DNA of 32,000 bases from Streptomyces sp. V2I9 (lineage in GTDB: Bacteria > Actinomycetota > Actinomycetes > Streptomycetales > Streptomycetaceae). Positions 25,045 to 32,000 of this stretch are shown piece by piece (within the stretch, counting starts at the first letter, position 1; each line of letters starts with the position of its first letter). Where the stretch lies: positions 3,516,626 to 3,548,625 of the forward strand of contig NZ_JAUSZJ010000002.1 of assembly GCF_030817475.1 (NCBI RefSeq), in the 5' to 3' direction. The translations under genes were made by a program, and so were the position numbers. Under the pieces are notes generated by a model. It ran no database searches. It saw nothing but the letters and a program-made list of their open reading frames with translations, and was not told the origin of the DNA.

Positions 25045-25887
25045 GTGATCACCGTGACTGTCCTCCACCCTGGAACCATGGGCGCGGCGATCACCGCCGA
25101 GCTCGTCGCCGGCGGCCATGAGGCACTGTCGGTGACCAAGGGGCGCAGTGAGAACACCTGGCTACGCGGGAGGGAAGCCGGTGCCACGGCGTACGACTCG
25201 CTCGCGGAAGCGCTGACCCGAAGCGCAGTCGTTCTCTCGGTGTGCCCACCACAGGCGGCGGAGGACGTTGCAGCGGCGGCGGCCGCGCACGGCTTCGCGG
25301 GGGTGTACACCGATGTGAACGCCATCAGCCCTCAACGCGTACGGCGCATCGCCGACGAGATCCGCCCCGGCTCCGCAGTCGTCGACGGTGCCGTTTTCGG
25401 TCAGCCGCCAGGCGAGGGGCGTGCCACACGGCTCTATCTCGCAGGCGCCGATTCTGCCGTCGAGCTGGTGGCGTCGCTGTTCACGGACTCTGTGCTGCAC
25501 GTGTGCCGCGTCAGGGACACACCCGGTTCCGCTTCCGCTCTGAAGATGGCCTTTGCCAGCTACCAGAAGGCCGCCCGCACCCTCGCCGGCATCGCTCACG
25601 CGCTCGCCGACGCCCATGGAGTCGGTGCCCAGCTCACGGCCGAAGTCGAGATCATGGTCTCCGCGATCCTCTCCGACTCCGAGTATCTGCCGAGCGTGGC
25701 AGCCAGGGCCTGGCGCTGGGCGCCGGATATGGAAGAGATCGCCCCTACGCTCCGCGCGGCTGACCTGCCCCCGGACATGGCCGAGGCCACGGCTCGGGTG
25801 TTCGCTTATTGGGAGCAGGACAAGGACGAGTACGACTTGACTGTCGTGCATGCCCTCTCCCAGCTCCAGCCTGGAAGAAGCAGTTGA
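25045..25887 (+). CDS. NAD(P)-binding 6-phosphogluconate-dehydrogenase-like oxidoreductase (DUF1932-type C-terminus)
   Basis: VTVLHPGTMGAAI Rossmann start and ASALKMAFASYQKAARTLAG. GTG 25045 has GGAGG 6 nt upstream. Confidence 0.75.
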   Translation: MITVTVLHPGTMGAAITAELVAGGHEALSVTKGRSENTWLRGREAGATAYDSLAEALTRSAVVLSVCPPQAAEDVAAAAAAHGFAGVYTDVNAISPQRVRRIADEIRPGSAVVDGAVFGQPPGEGRATRLYLAGADSAVELVASLFTDSVLHVCRVRDTPGSASALKMAFASYQKAARTLAGIAHALADAHGVGAQLTAEVEIMVSAILSDSEYLPSVAARAWRWAPDMEEIAPTLRAADLPPDMAEATARVFAYWEQDKDEYDLTVVHALSQLQPGRSS

Positions 25888-26226
25888 CTCGTTCACACCG
25901 ACCGCACCGCCGAGGGGCGGTCGCCTCCGCCCAAGGCGAGACGTAGTAACGGTGGGCTCGGCCGACGCAGCAGGTTCCCGCGAAGCCGTGGGGCGTAGAA
26001 CGGCGCTGCGCGTCTGTGCCGTCAGAACTTGCTGGCTTGGAGAGGGCCTTTGCGAGAGCCGCTATACGCACCAGGCCGGTGTTCTTGCGGGGGGCCGGGC
26101 ATCATCGAGGGCGCATTCGTCTGCTGCAACATGCGTCCGGGGCCGTGGCTTGCGGTCTCTGCGTCACCCCATTGCGGTGGGCGCGGAACGGGCACGCAAA
26201 CCTAGACAGATACCAGACACCAAACA

Positions 26227-26251
26227 AGGCCCAGGTCGATGACCTGGGCCT
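26227..26251 (-). terminator. Hairpin immediately downstream of tRNA-Gly
   Basis: AGGCCCAGGTC-gat-GACCTGGGCCT, an 11-bp stem 6 nt after the tRNA 3' end. Confidence 0.6.
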
Positions 26252-26257
26252 CAGTCG

Positions 26258-26331
26258 TGGAGCGGGTGACGAGAATCGAACTCGCGCTCTGAGCTTGGGA
26301 AGCTCATGTTCTACCATTAAACTACACCCGC
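26258..26331 (-). tRNA. tRNA-Gly (anticodon CCC), CCA encoded
   Basis: Reverse complement is GCGGGTG TA GTTT AATGGTA GAAC A TGAGC TTCCCAA GCTCA GAGC GCGAG TTCGATT CTCGT CACCCGC T CCA. This folds as a full cloverleaf of 74 nt with discriminator U. Confidence 0.95.
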
Positions 26332-26567
26332 GAAGCATGCCGATCACCGGCGCTGCAGCGTTTCACACTGTACCCCATGCCAGGCCCCCGGCGGATGCGC
26401 CGTGGGGCCTCTCTGTTGTGCGGGCGAGAGGGGGTGGGGGATGGACAGGGGTGTGGTGGGCGGGAGTTGAGGGCGTAGCGTGGGTGGTCGGAGTGCCGGG
26501 TGTGGTGGCGTCCCGTTCATCCCCTAATGTGGCTTTCTCGTCCGTATGTGGTTGGGGAAGGGACTTG

Positions 26568-26741
26568 ATGGAGTCGATGGAGCGCACCGTCGTCCGCTGT
26601 GCCGAAGGGCATGTTTTCGCTACCTCGTCGTTCCCGATGCAGCAGCTCGGGGCCGGCCGGATCGGGCCCGGGCGGTTGATCCGGTGTCCCCGCTGTGCGC
26701 GCTTGCGGCAGGCCGTGCCGGTGGCGTTCGAGAAGCGGTAG
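26568..26741 (+). CDS. Small (57 aa) zinc-ribbon-like protein
   Basis: MESMERTVVRCAEGHVF...LIRCPRCARL has CxxxH and CxxC pairs. GGGAAGGGA precedes ATG 26568. The rest of track ORF 26016..26741 runs antisense across the tRNA and is not credible. Confidence 0.5.
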   Translation: MESMERTVVRCAEGHVFATSSFPMQQLGAGRIGPGRLIRCPRCARLRQAVPVAFEKR

Positions 26742-27137
26742 CGGCATCCGGGGCGGAGCCGAAGACCGGTAGCCGTAGCGGCATCCAGGTGGGAGCCGAC
26801 GAGCAGGAGCGGTAGCCGGGCACGAGTCGGGCGGTAGCCGTGTGCGGGCCGTGGCGTTCGGGTAGCCGTCGCCACGGCCTCTCGTCACAGCAGGCCTGCG
26901 CGAGCGGCCCCGACCGAAGCCTGCCTACCGAAGTCGGCCCCGCGAAACCCCTGCCCGCCGGGACCGGCCCCGCGCAGCCCCCGCGCGCCGGAGCCGGCTC
27001 CGCCGAAGTCGGCCCCCCCATGGGCCGCCCCGCCCAGCCAGGCCGCCGAAGGCAAACCCCAGGCCCCCAAACCCCCGGCCCAACCCCCCCCGAACCCCGG
27101 CCCCCAAACCCCCGGCCCCCGAACCCCCGGTCCCCAA

Positions 27138-27221
27138 CCCCCACACCCATCTCCCCCGGGCGCATGTGGGTGGTCCGGTCCCCCACACCCATCTCCCCCG
27201 GGCGCATGTGGGTGGTCCGGT
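27138..27221 (+). repeat. Perfect 42-nt tandem duplication upstream of dcd
   Basis: CCCCCACACCCATCTCCCCCGGGCGCATGTGGGTGGTCCGGT occurs at 27138..27179 and again at 27180..27221, ending 36 nt before the dcd start. Confidence 0.95.
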
Positions 27222-27257
27222 TGGGGTGGGGTCGTGCCTTCTGCGTATCCTCGGGGC

Positions 27258-27833
27258 GTGCTTCTCTCAGACAAGGACATCCGGGCCGAGATCGACGCCG
27301 GCCGAGTCCGTATCGATCCGTACGACCCTTCGATGGTGCAGCCGTCGAGCATCGACGTGCGGCTGGACCGCTACTTCCGGGTGTTCGAGAACCACCGGTA
27401 CCCGCACATCGACCCGGCCGTCGAGCAGACCGACCTGACCCGTACGGTCGAGCCGGAGGGGGATGAGGCGTTCATCCTGCACCCCGGGGAGTTCGTGCTG
27501 GCGTCCACGTACGAGGTGATCTCGCTCCCCGACGATCTGGCCTCCCGGCTGGAGGGGAAGAGCTCCCTCGGGCGGCTCGGTCTGGTGACGCACTCGACCG
27601 CCGGGTTCATCGACCCCGGCTTCTCCGGGCACGTGACCCTGGAGCTCTCGAACCTCGCCACGCTGCCCATAAAGCTGTGGCCGGGGATGAAGATCGGGCA
27701 GCTGTGCATGTTCCGGCTGACGTCGCCGTCCGAGTTCCCGTACGGCTCCGAGCGGTACGAGTCGCGGTACCAGGGCCAGCGGGGGCCGACGGCCTCGCGG
27801 TCGTTCCAGAACTTCCATCGGACCCAGGTGTGA
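27258..27833 (+). CDS. dcd: dCTP deaminase
   Basis: [23 protein letters not shown]...SSIDVRL...[25 protein letters not shown] is the canonical Dcd pattern. The start is GTG 27258 rather than 27234. Confidence 0.95.
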   Translation: MLLSDKDIRAEIDAGRVRIDPYDPSMVQPSSIDVRLDRYFRVFENHRYPHIDPAVEQTDLTRTVEPEGDEAFILHPGEFVLASTYEVISLPDDLASRLEGKSSLGRLGLVTHSTAGFIDPGFSGHVTLELSNLATLPIKLWPGMKIGQLCMFRLTSPSEFPYGSERYESRYQGQRGPTASRSFQNFHRTQV

Positions 27834-27839
27834 TCAATC

Positions 27840-28340
27840 ATGGCGAGTGACGTGCGGGAAAACCTCACCTACGAGGGCTTCGGGCGGGCGATGCGCGAGC
27901 TGGCGCAGGCCGTCGCGGACGACGGGTACGAGCCGGACGTGGTGCTGAGCATCGCCCGCGGCGGTGTGTTCGTCGCCGGTGGGCTCGCCTACGCGCTCGA
28001 CTGCAAGAACATCCACCTCGTCAACGTGGAGTTCTACACCGGGGTCGGGACCACCCTGGAGATGCCGGTCATGCTGGCGCCCGTCCCCAACGCGATCGAC
28101 TTCTCCGACAAGAAGGTCCTGATCGCGGATGACGTCGCCGACACCGGCAAGACGCTCAAGCTCGTCCACGACTTCTGCGTCGACCACGTCGCCGAGGTCC
28201 GCAGCGCCGTCATCTACGAGAAGTCCCACTCCCTCGTGAAGTGCGAGTACGTGTGGAAGAAGACCGACCAGTGGATCAACTTCCCCTGGAGCGTGGAGAA
28301 GCCCGTCGTCCGGCGGGACGGGCAGGTGCTGGACGCGTAG
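27840..28340 (+). CDS. Purine phosphoribosyltransferase-like protein (type I PRTase)
   Basis: PRPP loop VLIADDVADTGKTL. VLSIARGGVFVAGGLA and the WINFPW tail are reminiscent of Gpt-type enzymes. Confidence 0.85.
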   Translation: MASDVRENLTYEGFGRAMRELAQAVADDGYEPDVVLSIARGGVFVAGGLAYALDCKNIHLVNVEFYTGVGTTLEMPVMLAPVPNAIDFSDKKVLIADDVADTGKTLKLVHDFCVDHVAEVRSAVIYEKSHSLVKCEYVWKKTDQWINFPWSVEKPVVRRDGQVLDA

Positions 28341-28348
28341 GGCCGTGG

Positions 28349-28504
28349 CCCCCCTGACCGTGGGCCCGCCCGGCCGTCACCCCCCTGACCGTGGGCCCGC
28401 CCGGCCGTCACCCCCCTGACCGTGGGCCCGCCCGACCGTCACCCGCCTGATCGTGGGCCCGCCCGACCGTCACCCCGTCTGACCGCGGCCCAGCCCGGCC
28501 GTCA
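28349..28504 (+). repeat. 31-nt tandem repeat, five copies
   Basis: CCCCCCTGACCGTGGGCCCGCCCGGCCGTCA at 28349, 28380 and 28411, with progressively diverged copies at 28442 and 28473. The array is head-to-tail with no spacers. Confidence 0.95.
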
Positions 28505-28511
28505 CCCCGCC

Positions 28512-28560
28512 TACGCGAAGGTCCCCGGAGCGCCGTGCGTGCTCCGGGGACCTTCGCGTA
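28512..28560. terminator. Strong bidirectional terminator hairpin
   Basis: 20-bp perfect stem TACGCGAAGGTCCCCGGAGC / GCTCCGGGGACCTTCGCGTA with a 9-nt loop, between convergent stops at 28340 and 28567. Confidence 0.7.
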
Positions 28561-28566
28561 CCTGCC

Positions 28567-29604
28567 TCAGATCGTGCCCAGCTTGATGATCGACAGGAGC
28601 GCGATCAGCTGGATCGCCGACGCTCCCAGCGCCTTCGGCCAGGGCAGGTCGTGCGACTTGCTGACCATCGACGTGAACAGCGCTCCGGCCGCCAGCCAGG
28701 TCAGCCAGCCCAGGATCTGGACCAGGGAGTTCTCACCGCCCAGGAACACGGCGAAGACCAGGCGCGGCGCGTCCGTCATCGACATGATCAGCATCGACAG
28801 GCCCACCGTCGGCTGCCACGAGCCCGTGCCGCCGAGCTGGCGGGCCAGGGTGTGGGTGACCGCGCCGAGGACCAGACCGCCGATGACGAAGCCGACACCG
28901 GTGAACAGGACGTACGGGATGGCCGTCGAGATCGTCGCGTTGATCGCTTCTTCGCGTGCCTGGTCGAAGCCGAACAGCGCGAGCAGTCCGTAGAGGAACG
29001 TGACGACCAGCGCCGGACCCCAGACCGGGTAGTCCCGCATCTGCCAGAACGTCGGTCCCGGGCGCATCACGATGCCGCTCAGGAGCTCCTTCCATCGCAG
29101 CCGCGGGCCGGCCGGCGGGGCGGGGGCGTCACCGGCGTGGTAGGTGCTGCCGTCGCCGTACGGGTCCTCGTCGACGCGGAACGCCTGCGTGTGACCGGGG
29201 TTGTTGGCGTACGGGTCGTGGGGCGCGGGGTCGGCGTAGGGGTCGCCGAAGTACTCCGGCTCGCCGTGGCCGCCTCCGCCGTGGTGGCCGCCGGGGCCGT
29301 GCGGAGGCCGTCCGCCTCCGCCCTGCCGGCCCTGGCCCGGATGGCCGCCCCCGGTGTACGGGGGGCCCTGCGGGGCGCCGTACGGCGGTGGCACCGAACC
29401 GTTGCCGGGGGCGCCGGCGGTCGGCCACGGCTGAGCACCGTACGGCGGCTGTGGTGCCTGCCCTCCGTACGGCTGCTGCCGCTGCTGCTGCGGTTGTTGC
29501 GGGGTGCGGTTGTCCCGGCCGCGTCCGATCCTGAATCCAGCCACCCGTCGAACGTACCTGGTCCCCGGCGTCCGGGGGCAGGGCAGGGGAGGGCCGTCCG
29601 CCAT
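28567..29604 (-). CDS. Yip1-family integral membrane protein with a Pro/Gly/Gln-rich N-terminal region
   Basis: The low-complexity region PYGGQAPQPPYGAQPWP...GGHHGGGGHGEPEYFGDPY is followed by about five hydrophobic segments (WGPALVVTFLYGLLALFGF, IPYVLFTGVGFVIGGLVLGAV and others). The start is uncertain; GTG 29544 (VAGFRIGRGRD) is an alternative. Confidence 0.8.
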   Translation of the reverse strand: MADGPPLPCPRTPGTRYVRRVAGFRIGRGRDNRTPQQPQQQRQQPYGGQAPQPPYGAQPWPTAGAPGNGSVPPPYGAPQGPPYTGGGHPGQGRQGGGGRPPHGPGGHHGGGGHGEPEYFGDPYADPAPHDPYANNPGHTQAFRVDEDPYGDGSTYHAGDAPAPPAGPRLRWKELLSGIVMRPGPTFWQMRDYPVWGPALVVTFLYGLLALFGFDQAREEAINATISTAIPYVLFTGVGFVIGGLVLGAVTHTLARQLGGTGSWQPTVGLSMLIMSMTDAPRLVFAVFLGGENSLVQILGWLTWLAAGALFTSMVSKSHDLPWPKALGASAIQLIALLSIIKLGTI

Positions 29605-29661
29605 TGCGGCCGAGCTGTGACATCCCCTAAGGGGTGAACCCCGGCCCGCCGGCGGGGGAGT

Positions 29662-30801
29662 TCAGGGGAGGAAGACCGCCGTGGAGAAGGTGACGGCGGG
29701 CTTGTCCGTGGTACCCGCCGGGTAGAGCGCGACCAGGTCCTGCCGCTCGCCCCGGTACGTCCGTACCACCGTGTCCGGCTTGCGGTCGCCGTCGTGGTCG
29801 CCGTGGCTCAGGAGGGCGGTGCGGGTGGTGCCTGTCACGTCCAGCGGCGCGCCGGGGAGCTTCTCCGCCGCGAACGCGTACGGCCCGCCCGGCCGCACCG
29901 GGCCCTCCGCCGAGCCGAGGAGGAGGGTGCCTTTGCCCGCCTGGCCGGGGGCGTGCGGGCGGGCGGCGGCGACGAGGTCGTCGTAACCGTCCCCGTCCGT
30001 GTCGGCCTTGGGTTCGGGAGCGTAGAGGTACGGGCCGCCGTCGGGCAGCAGTTCCGCGCCGCGCGGAGCTCCGGCGCGGGTGAAGGGGCCGTGCAGGAAG
30101 GTGATCCGGCCGGCGCTGGCGGTGACCGCGAGGTCGGCCTCGCCGTCGCCGTCGAAGTCGCCGCAGACCGGCTGCTCGGGCCAATCGTTGCCGGACCGGG
30201 CCTTCTGCGGGATGCGGACGGTGACCGCCTTGCCGGTGAGTCCGGCCGGGGAGCCGAAGAGGATCTGGAGGGGGACGGGCGGAGCACCGATGCCGTTGTA
30301 CGGGGGGTCCGTCGAGACGATCAGGTCGCTGAAGCCGTCCCGGTCGAGGTCGCAGGCGGCCTCGGCGTCGAACGCGGCGGGCAGGGTGTCGCCGGACTTC
30401 GCCGCGTTCGCCCGCGCGCTCAGGAGCTGCCGTACGGCCGGGTCCAGGGGGCGGTCGGGGTCGCCGGTGCCGTAGACGACCCCGATGCCCGCGTCGTCGC
30501 CGTGGCTGTCCTCGGGGGCCTTCACCAGGTCGTCGAGGACCAGGTCGCGGTGGCCGTCGCCGTTGAAGTCGTACGGGACGCGGCTGCCGTCCCCGCGGGG
30601 CACGGGCAGGCTCGCCGTGCCCGCCCCGGCCCGGGCCCGTGGCGGGGTGTCCCCGTTCTTGGCGCCGGACGCGGGGGAGGGGGACGGGCCCGAGCAGGCC
30701 GTGAGCGCCAGCAGCAGGACCGAACAGCCTGCGGCGAGGACGGCCGGTACCCGGCCGGGTATCGCGGCCTTCGGGTGCTCGGGGCGGGTGGGTCGGCGCA
30801 C
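29662..30801 (-). CDS. FG-GAP/VCBS-repeat lipoprotein
   Basis: Repeated Ca-binding-like motifs FNGDGHRDLVL, DLDRDGFSDLIV, GDFDGDGEADLAV, DTDGDGYDDLVA and HDGDRKPDTVV. Lipobox LLALTAC follows a basic n-region if GTG 30801 is used. The maximal ORF extends to ATG 31086 but would add 95 low-complexity residues. Confidence 0.75.
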   Translation of the reverse strand: MRRPTRPEHPKAAIPGRVPAVLAAGCSVLLLALTACSGPSPSPASGAKNGDTPPRARAGAGTASLPVPRGDGSRVPYDFNGDGHRDLVLDDLVKAPEDSHGDDAGIGVVYGTGDPDRPLDPAVRQLLSARANAAKSGDTLPAAFDAEAACDLDRDGFSDLIVSTDPPYNGIGAPPVPLQILFGSPAGLTGKAVTVRIPQKARSGNDWPEQPVCGDFDGDGEADLAVTASAGRITFLHGPFTRAGAPRGAELLPDGGPYLYAPEPKADTDGDGYDDLVAAARPHAPGQAGKGTLLLGSAEGPVRPGGPYAFAAEKLPGAPLDVTGTTRTALLSHGDHDGDRKPDTVVRTYRGERQDLVALYPAGTTDKPAVTFSTAVFLP

Positions 30802-31103
30802 GGGTGCCTCGTCGTCGTTCGTCGGCCGGTGCCCGCCGGGTCCGGGGCGGGGGTCCTCAGCCGTATCGGGCGTCTTCCGCGCACATGATGCTCCAGATAC
30901 GGCATCCCGTACATGTCGGGGCTCACACCCGGTGGCCGTCACCGCGGGGGAGGGGGCGCCGGGCACGGAAGCGCGACCACCGCGGGGGCGGGGCGCCGGG
31001 CCCGGAAGCACGGTCGCGGCCGGGAAGGGGCCGCCGGGCACGGGAAAGCGGCCGGTCCCGCCCCCGAGGCGGGTCCGGCCGCTCATCGCGGCGTTGCCTT
31101 ACG

Positions 31104-32000
31104 TCACTGTGCCGGTTCGGGCTCCGGTGCGTCCACCGCGTCGGCCTCACCGGCCGGGTCGATCGGGGTCTTCACCGAATCCAGCAGGAGCTGGGAGACA
31201 TCCACGACCTGGATCGACTCCTTGGCCTGGCCGTCGTTCTTCTTGCCGTTGACCGAGTCGGTCAGCATGACGAGGCAGAACGGGCAGGCGGTGGAGACGA
31301 TGTCCGGGTTGAGGGCGAGGGCCTCGTCGACGCGCTCGGTGTTGATGCGCTTGCCGATCCGCTCCTCCATCCACATCCGGGCGCCGCCGGCGCCGCAGCA
31401 GAAGCCGCGCTCCTTGTGGCGGTGCATCTCCTCGTTGCGCAGCCCCGGCACCTTCGCGATGATCTCGCGCGGCGGGGTGTAGATCTTGTTGTGCCGGCCC
31501 AGGTAGCACGGGTCGTGGTACGTGATCAGGCCCTCGACCGGGGTCACGGGGATCAGCTTGCCCTCGTCGATGAGGTGCTGGAGCAGCTGCGTGTGGTGGA
31601 TGACCTCGTACTCGCCGCCGAGCTGCGGGTACTCGTTGGCGATCGTGTTGAAGCAGTGCGGGCAGGTGGCGACGATCTTCTTCGACGACTTGGGCTTCTT
31701 CGTCTCCGGTTCGTCGTCGTCCTCGCCGTACGCCATGTTCAGCATGGCCACGTTCTCCTGGCCGAGCTGCTGGAACAGCGGCTCGTTGCCCAGGCGGCGG
31801 GCGGAGTCACCCGTGCACTTCTCGTCGCCGCCCATGATCGCGAACTTGACGCCCGCGATGTGCAGCAGCTCCGCGAAGGCCTTGGTGGTCTTCTTCGCCC
31901 GGTCCTCCAGGGCGCCCGCGCAGCCGACCCAGTACAGGTACTCGACCTCGGTGAGGTCCTCGACGTCCTTGCCGACGATCGGGACCTCGAAGTCGACCTC
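31104..32000 (-). CDS. (Fe-S)-binding oxidoreductase with cysteine-rich CCG domains, 5' end outside the window
   Basis: CPHCFNT, YHDPCYLGR, FCCGAGG and TACPFC motifs. The frame stays open upstream of Met 31835 to position 32000 (EVDFEVPIVGKDVEDLTEVEYLYWVGCAGAL...). Confidence 0.85.
   Translation of the reverse strand, partial: EVDFEVPIVGKDVEDLTEVEYLYWVGCAGALEDRAKKTTKAFAELLHIAGVKFAIMGGDEKCTGDSARRLGNEPLFQQLGQENVAMLNMAYGEDDDEPETKKPKSSKKIVATCPHCFNTIANEYPQLGGEYEVIHHTQLLQHLIDEGKLIPVTPVEGLITYHDPCYLGRHNKIYTPPREIIAKVPGLRNEEMHRHKERGFCCGAGGARMWMEERIGKRINTERVDEALALNPDIVSTACPFCLVMLTDSVNGKKNDGQAKESIQVVDVSQLLLDSVKTPIDPAGEADAVDAPEPEPAQ

Noticed and set aside
28349-28504. The 31-nt repeats considered as a CRISPR array.
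   Set aside because: The units are directly adjacent with no spacers, no cas genes are nearby, and the repeats degrade monotonically. This is a simple tandem repeat.
30802-31086. N-terminal 95-codon extension of the FG-GAP lipoprotein ORF, starting at ATG 31086.
   Set aside because: The extension is Pro/Gly/Arg-rich low complexity placed before an otherwise typical lipoprotein signal peptide, so GTG 30801 gives a more sensible precursor. The true start remains unverified.

Overview
High-GC (about 70%) actinobacterial, Streptomyces-like chromosomal DNA. Ordinary flanks sit on both sides: a rhodanese sulfurtransferase, a secreted PA14/FN3 protein and an FAD/BBE oxidase on the left; tRNA-Gly(CCC), a small zinc-ribbon ORF, dcd, a phosphoribosyltransferase, a Yip1 membrane protein, an FG-GAP lipoprotein and a partial Fe-S/CCG oxidoreductase on the right. 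They bracket a roughly 21-kb accessory region (about 5.3-26.3 kb) that abuts the 3' end of tRNA-Gly(CCC). The main content is a minus-strand polymorphic-toxin locus. It has a translationally coupled four-gene operon: an SseB-like protein, a 217-aa helical WXG-like protein, a 1557-aa RHS toxin with a T7SS-signal-type N-terminus, and an immunity gene. The toxin tip is a colicin-D-like domain at about 50% G+C. Downstream lie an orphan RHS-tail/alternative-toxin/immunity cassette and a third, badly decayed and insertion-split copy. Each module starts with a 400-490 bp repeat containing the 3' 42 nt of tRNA-Gly(CCC), a conserved 129-nt arm, a terminator hairpin, a putative promoter and the 5' end of the sseB-like gene. 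I read this as tandem accretion or duplication of integrase-less toxin cassettes at one tRNA att site. No integrase is visible in the window. The block nearest the intact tRNA carries vapBC, a small IS, and a same-strand run of an XRE/TPR regulator, two small ORFs, an atypical SIR2-like protein, UDP-glucose dehydrogenase and a MazG-like protein. This run may be a defence or nucleotide-metabolism cassette, but the support is weaker. Many long ORFs in the supplied track are GC-driven shadow frames and were not called. All family assignments rest on motif recognition by eye, not on searches.
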